Virus record (IMG/VR): IMGVR_UViG_3300023179_000017
Coordinates: 1 to 24,710 of that record
From: a virus
Length of the DNA stretch: 24,710 nucleotides
Reading direction: 5' to 3' (one strand)
Position 1 is the first letter of the stretch. The number at the start of each line of letters is the position of its first letter. Under the pieces are notes generated by a model. That model was given only the letters and a program-made list of their open reading frames with translations. It ran no database searches and had not been told where the DNA came from. The translations under genes were made by a program, and so were the position numbers. This document shows positions 22,048 to 24,710 of this stretch, piece after piece.

Positions 22048-24710
22048 ATGGCCTTTATTAAAAATACTGATGTCCTCGTAGAGGGCCTTAGTAATAAATT
22101 CTTCACGAATGAGCGCGCAAAAAGTGCCGTTCAGACGGATTTGAATTCGTTAAGCGGGTCTATTACAGGGGAACAAGCTGCCAGACAATCGGCTGTCTCT
22201 GGTATTAATTCTCGTTTGGGTTCACTCGAAGCAGATTCGGTAACTAGAACTTATGTCGACGGACAAGCTTCCGGACTCGATGCTCGTTTAGATTCTTTAG
22301 AATCTGACTCGGTCACTAAAACATATGTCGATGGCCAGGTCTCCGGACTTGACTCTCGATTGGATATTATCGAAGGACCAAGCGGGCAAGCAGGGTCAAT
22401 CGCAAAAGCATTGGTCGATGCTAAGTCTTACACCGATCAAGAAATCTCGGCCCTTGTTGATTCCGCTCCTGAAGTATTAAATACTTTAAAAGAATTAGCT
22501 GATGCTCTGTCAGGCGATGCAAGCTTTGCTTCTACCATCGCTGGACAGATTGGTTCCTTAAGTGGAGCTATCAGCACAGAAATTGGTAACAGACAGTCTG
22601 ATGTATCTGGTCTTGATGCAAGACTGGATTCTTTAGAAGCTGATCCAGTTACTAAATCTTATGTAGACGGACAAGCCTCAGGTCTTGATGCAAGACTTGA
22701 TTCTTTAGAAGCTGATGCAACCACCAAAGCTTACGTTGATGGACAGGTCTCAGGACTTGATGCAAGACTGGATTCTTTAGAAGCTGATCCAGTTACTAAA
22801 GCTTATGTCGATGGCGCAGTCAGCGGAGAACAGTCTGCTCGTCAATCGGCAGACCAAGCATTGAGCGGAGCAATCACTGGTGAGCAAGCTGCTCGTCAAG
22901 CTGATGTCTCAGGACTCGATTCCCGTATCGATGCTCTCGAAGCAGATCCAGTTACAAAAGCATACGTAGATGGAGCTATCTCTGGTGAGCAGTCGGCTCG
23001 TCAATCAGCAGACCAAGCTCTTTCTGGGGCCATCACTGGTGAGATTGCCGCTCGCCAAGCAGATGTATCAGGTCTCGATGCAAGACTCGATGTCATCGAA
23101 GGGCCAAGCGGACAAGCCGGATCTATTGCTAAAGCATTAGTTGATGCTAAAGCATATACCGATCAGGAAGTCTCAGCTCTGGTTGACTCTGCACCAGAAG
23201 TGCTAAACACATTGAAAGAATTGGCAGATGCCCTTTCTGGAGATGCGCATTTTGCATCGACCGTTGCAGGACAGATTGGTTCCTTAAGTGGGGCGATTAG
23301 TTCTGAAATCGGAAACCGACAATCGGATGTCTCAGGTCTCGATGCAAGACTCGATGCACTTGAAGCTGATCCAGTTACAAGAGCATACGTAGATGGAGCT
23401 ATCTCTGGTGAGCAGTCCGCAAGAGTGGCAGCAGATCTAACTTTCTTTAAATTAGATGGCAGCCGAACAATTACTGGTAAATCAACCATTCAGTATTCTT
23501 CTTCTTCAAGCTCCGAAAGAGCTTTTTTAGTAGACGGGCTAAGTGGTTCTCAAGTTATGAGCTCAGTAAGAGCAAGCAGTAATTCAGGAGTTCCTACTCT
23601 TGGAATTGAAAGATCCAGAGACAACGCTGGAACACCAGATTACCTCTTAAACGGAGATGCGATTGGTCAAGTTGGTTTTAGAGCGTGGGATGGAAGTGGT
23701 TATAGCACTGGCGCAGCAAGAATTTTTGCTTATGCCATTGAAAACCACACCTCTTCTGCCCGTGGAACCAAAATGCTATTCCAAGCAACAGCAGCTGGTG
23801 GGACTACTAAATCGGATGTAATGGCTTTGTTTGGCGACAAAGTAGAAATGTACAAAGACGTATCCGTGTCTGGTAACGTATCCGTGTCTGGTAAACAAAC
23901 CGTATCTTATTCCACTAACAGCTCATCGGAATACCAGCTATTGGTTGACAGTCTAACTGGTCAAAGAGCAAACATGGCTCTTAGAAATAGCCAGAATGCA
24001 GCAGCCGATGGTAGTATTTTGATTGCTTTTGAGCGTTCAAGAGATAACTCAGGAACCCCAGACTACCTTCAGTCAGGTGACTCTTTAGGAAATTTTGCCT
24101 TCAGAGTGTGGACTGGAAGCGGTTATTCTGGAAGAGCCCAAGTAGCTGGATTGGCAACCGAACAACATACTAATGCTGCTCAAGGAGCTAAGCTAGTTCT
24201 TAGAGCTACTCCAAGTGGTAGTACAACTAGAGCAGATGTTTTGGAAATTTACGGTGATAAAGTAAATTTCTTAAAATCTGCTGAAGTTCCAGTAGACTGG
24301 TCTCTTTCTCGTCCAGCTGACAACGCAAACGCTCGTGGATATGCAAAAATGATTTTTGCAGATTTCACTGATCCTTCTTCAAACAATCAAACTCAAATCA
24401 AGTTTGATTTAAGAAGAAATTCAAGCGATGCGACAGAGCGGCTACCTTTAACTCTACAGACTGATCACGCCATTTTTGGTCGTGGTTTTTCTTATAGAAT
24501 TATTCGCAAATCTGCGAATTACACAGTACCTAACAGCGAACCTATGCAAGTAGCTCAAGCCGTAAACATCACTTACACGCTGCCAGTAGCCCCTATTCAG
24601 GGCCAAGTACATGCGTTTAAGGACGGCACTGGAAGCTGCAACAATAGTAATCGAATTACTATTCAAGCAAACTCCGGTTTAGTAGGATCGACGATTGATG
24701 GTGCTTCGTC
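22048..24710 (+). CDS. Long fibre protein (at least 887 aa, 3'-truncated; absent from the ORF track): coiled-coil repeats, two knob domains, gp9/10-like domain
   Basis: Manual translation from ATG 22048 (SD AAGGA) shows no stop to the window end: MAFIKNTDVLVEGLSNKFFTNERA..., APEVLNTLKELADALSGD twice, multiple SGLDARLDSLEADPVTKAYVDG repeats, and ERSRDNxGTPDYL twice. Confidence 0.9.
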   Translation, partial: MAFIKNTDVLVEGLSNKFFTNERAKSAVQTDLNSLSGSITGEQAARQSAVSGINSRLGSLEADSVTRTYVDGQASGLDARLDSLESDSVTKTYVDGQVSGLDSRLDIIEGPSGQAGSIAKALVDAKSYTDQEISALVDSAPEVLNTLKELADALSGDASFASTIAGQIGSLSGAISTEIGNRQSDVSGLDARLDSLEADPVTKSYVDGQASGLDARLDSLEADATTKAYVDGQVSGLDARLDSLEADPVTKAYVDGAVSGEQSARQSADQALSGAITGEQAARQADVSGLDSRIDALEADPVTKAYVDGAISGEQSARQSADQALSGAITGEIAARQADVSGLDARLDVIEGPSGQAGSIAKALVDAKAYTDQEVSALVDSAPEVLNTLKELADALSGDAHFASTVAGQIGSLSGAISSEIGNRQSDVSGLDARLDALEADPVTRAYVDGAISGEQSARVAADLTFFKLDGSRTITGKSTIQYSSSSSSERAFLVDGLSGSQVMSSVRASSNSGVPTLGIERSRDNAGTPDYLLNGDAIGQVGFRAWDGSGYSTGAARIFAYAIENHTSSARGTKMLFQATAAGGTTKSDVMALFGDKVEMYKDVSVSGNVSVSGKQTVSYSTNSSSEYQLLVDSLTGQRANMALRNSQNAAADGSILIAFERSRDNSGTPDYLQSGDSLGNFAFRVWTGSGYSGRAQVAGLATEQHTNAAQGAKLVLRATPSGSTTRADVLEIYGDKVNFLKSAEVPVDWSLSRPADNANARGYAKMIFADFTDPSSNNQTQIKFDLRRNSSDATERLPLTLQTDHAIFGRGFSYRIIRKSANYTVPNSEPMQVAQAVNITYTLPVAPIQGQVHAFKDGTGSCNNSNRITIQANSGLVGSTIDGAS
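22198..23424 (+). repeat. Intragenic composite repeat array (24-aa units, EQxARQ units and a 109-aa duplication)
   Basis: Units with a 72-bp period start at 22606, 22678 and 22750. The 109-aa blocks are at 22345-22671 and 23071-23397. Confidence 0.9.
23858..23893 (+). repeat. Perfect 18-bp tandem duplication (acgtatccgtgtctggta x2)
   Basis: Read directly from the sequence. It encodes DVSVSG-NVSVSG between the two knob domains. Confidence 0.95.

Noticed and set aside
20813-23397. Diversity-generating retroelement TR/VR pair
   Set aside because: Differences between repeat copies are not adenine-specific, both copies of each pair are coding within one gene, and no reverse transcriptase is in the window.
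22198-23424. CRISPR-like array of regularly spaced repeats
   Set aside because: The repeats are in-frame protein repeats with synonymous variation and no unique spacers. No cas genes are present.
13-24666. Minus-strand and alternate-frame ORFs in the track (for example 1141..1614, 5554..5877, 20929..21483, 23163..23489)
   Set aside because: All lie within long + strand genes, lack recognisable motifs and look like antisense or off-frame shadows.
1-24710. tRNA, rRNA, intron, intein or intrinsic terminator
   Set aside because: There is almost no intergenic space. I saw no hairpin-plus-U-tract in the gaps, no interrupted genes and no intein or homing endonuclease motifs. A covariance-model search was not possible.

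Overview
This window is one continuous + strand morphogenesis operon of a contractile-tailed particle, most likely a large myovirus-type phage. An extracellular contractile injection system cannot be excluded, because no capsid, terminase, sheath or tube gene lies in the window. Gene order: 5'-truncated tape-measure-like protein, two small ORFs, a putative tube-initiator, a baseplate hub, a divergent sigma-70-family factor, a 675-aa helical protein, a gp25-like wedge protein, a long baseplate-J-like protein, two small non-structural genes (one with a stand-alone WYL domain), a gpI-like wedge protein, a collar/fibre adaptor and six fibre or appendage proteins. The last of these (22048 to the window end, at least 887 codons) is missing from the ORF track because it has no stop in the window. 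Four things stand out. (1) Regulatory-type genes (sigma, WYL) are translationally coupled inside the baseplate operon. (2) A peptide K-x-x-F-[WL]-x-G-F-x-K-[RQ]-[AS] occurs three times at module junctions of the two small inserted proteins and is a candidate processing or packaging signal. (3) No recognisable central spike gene is present where one is expected. (4) The wedge and fibre proteins share, nest and duplicate domains extensively. All family assignments come from motif recognition by eye, not from database searches.
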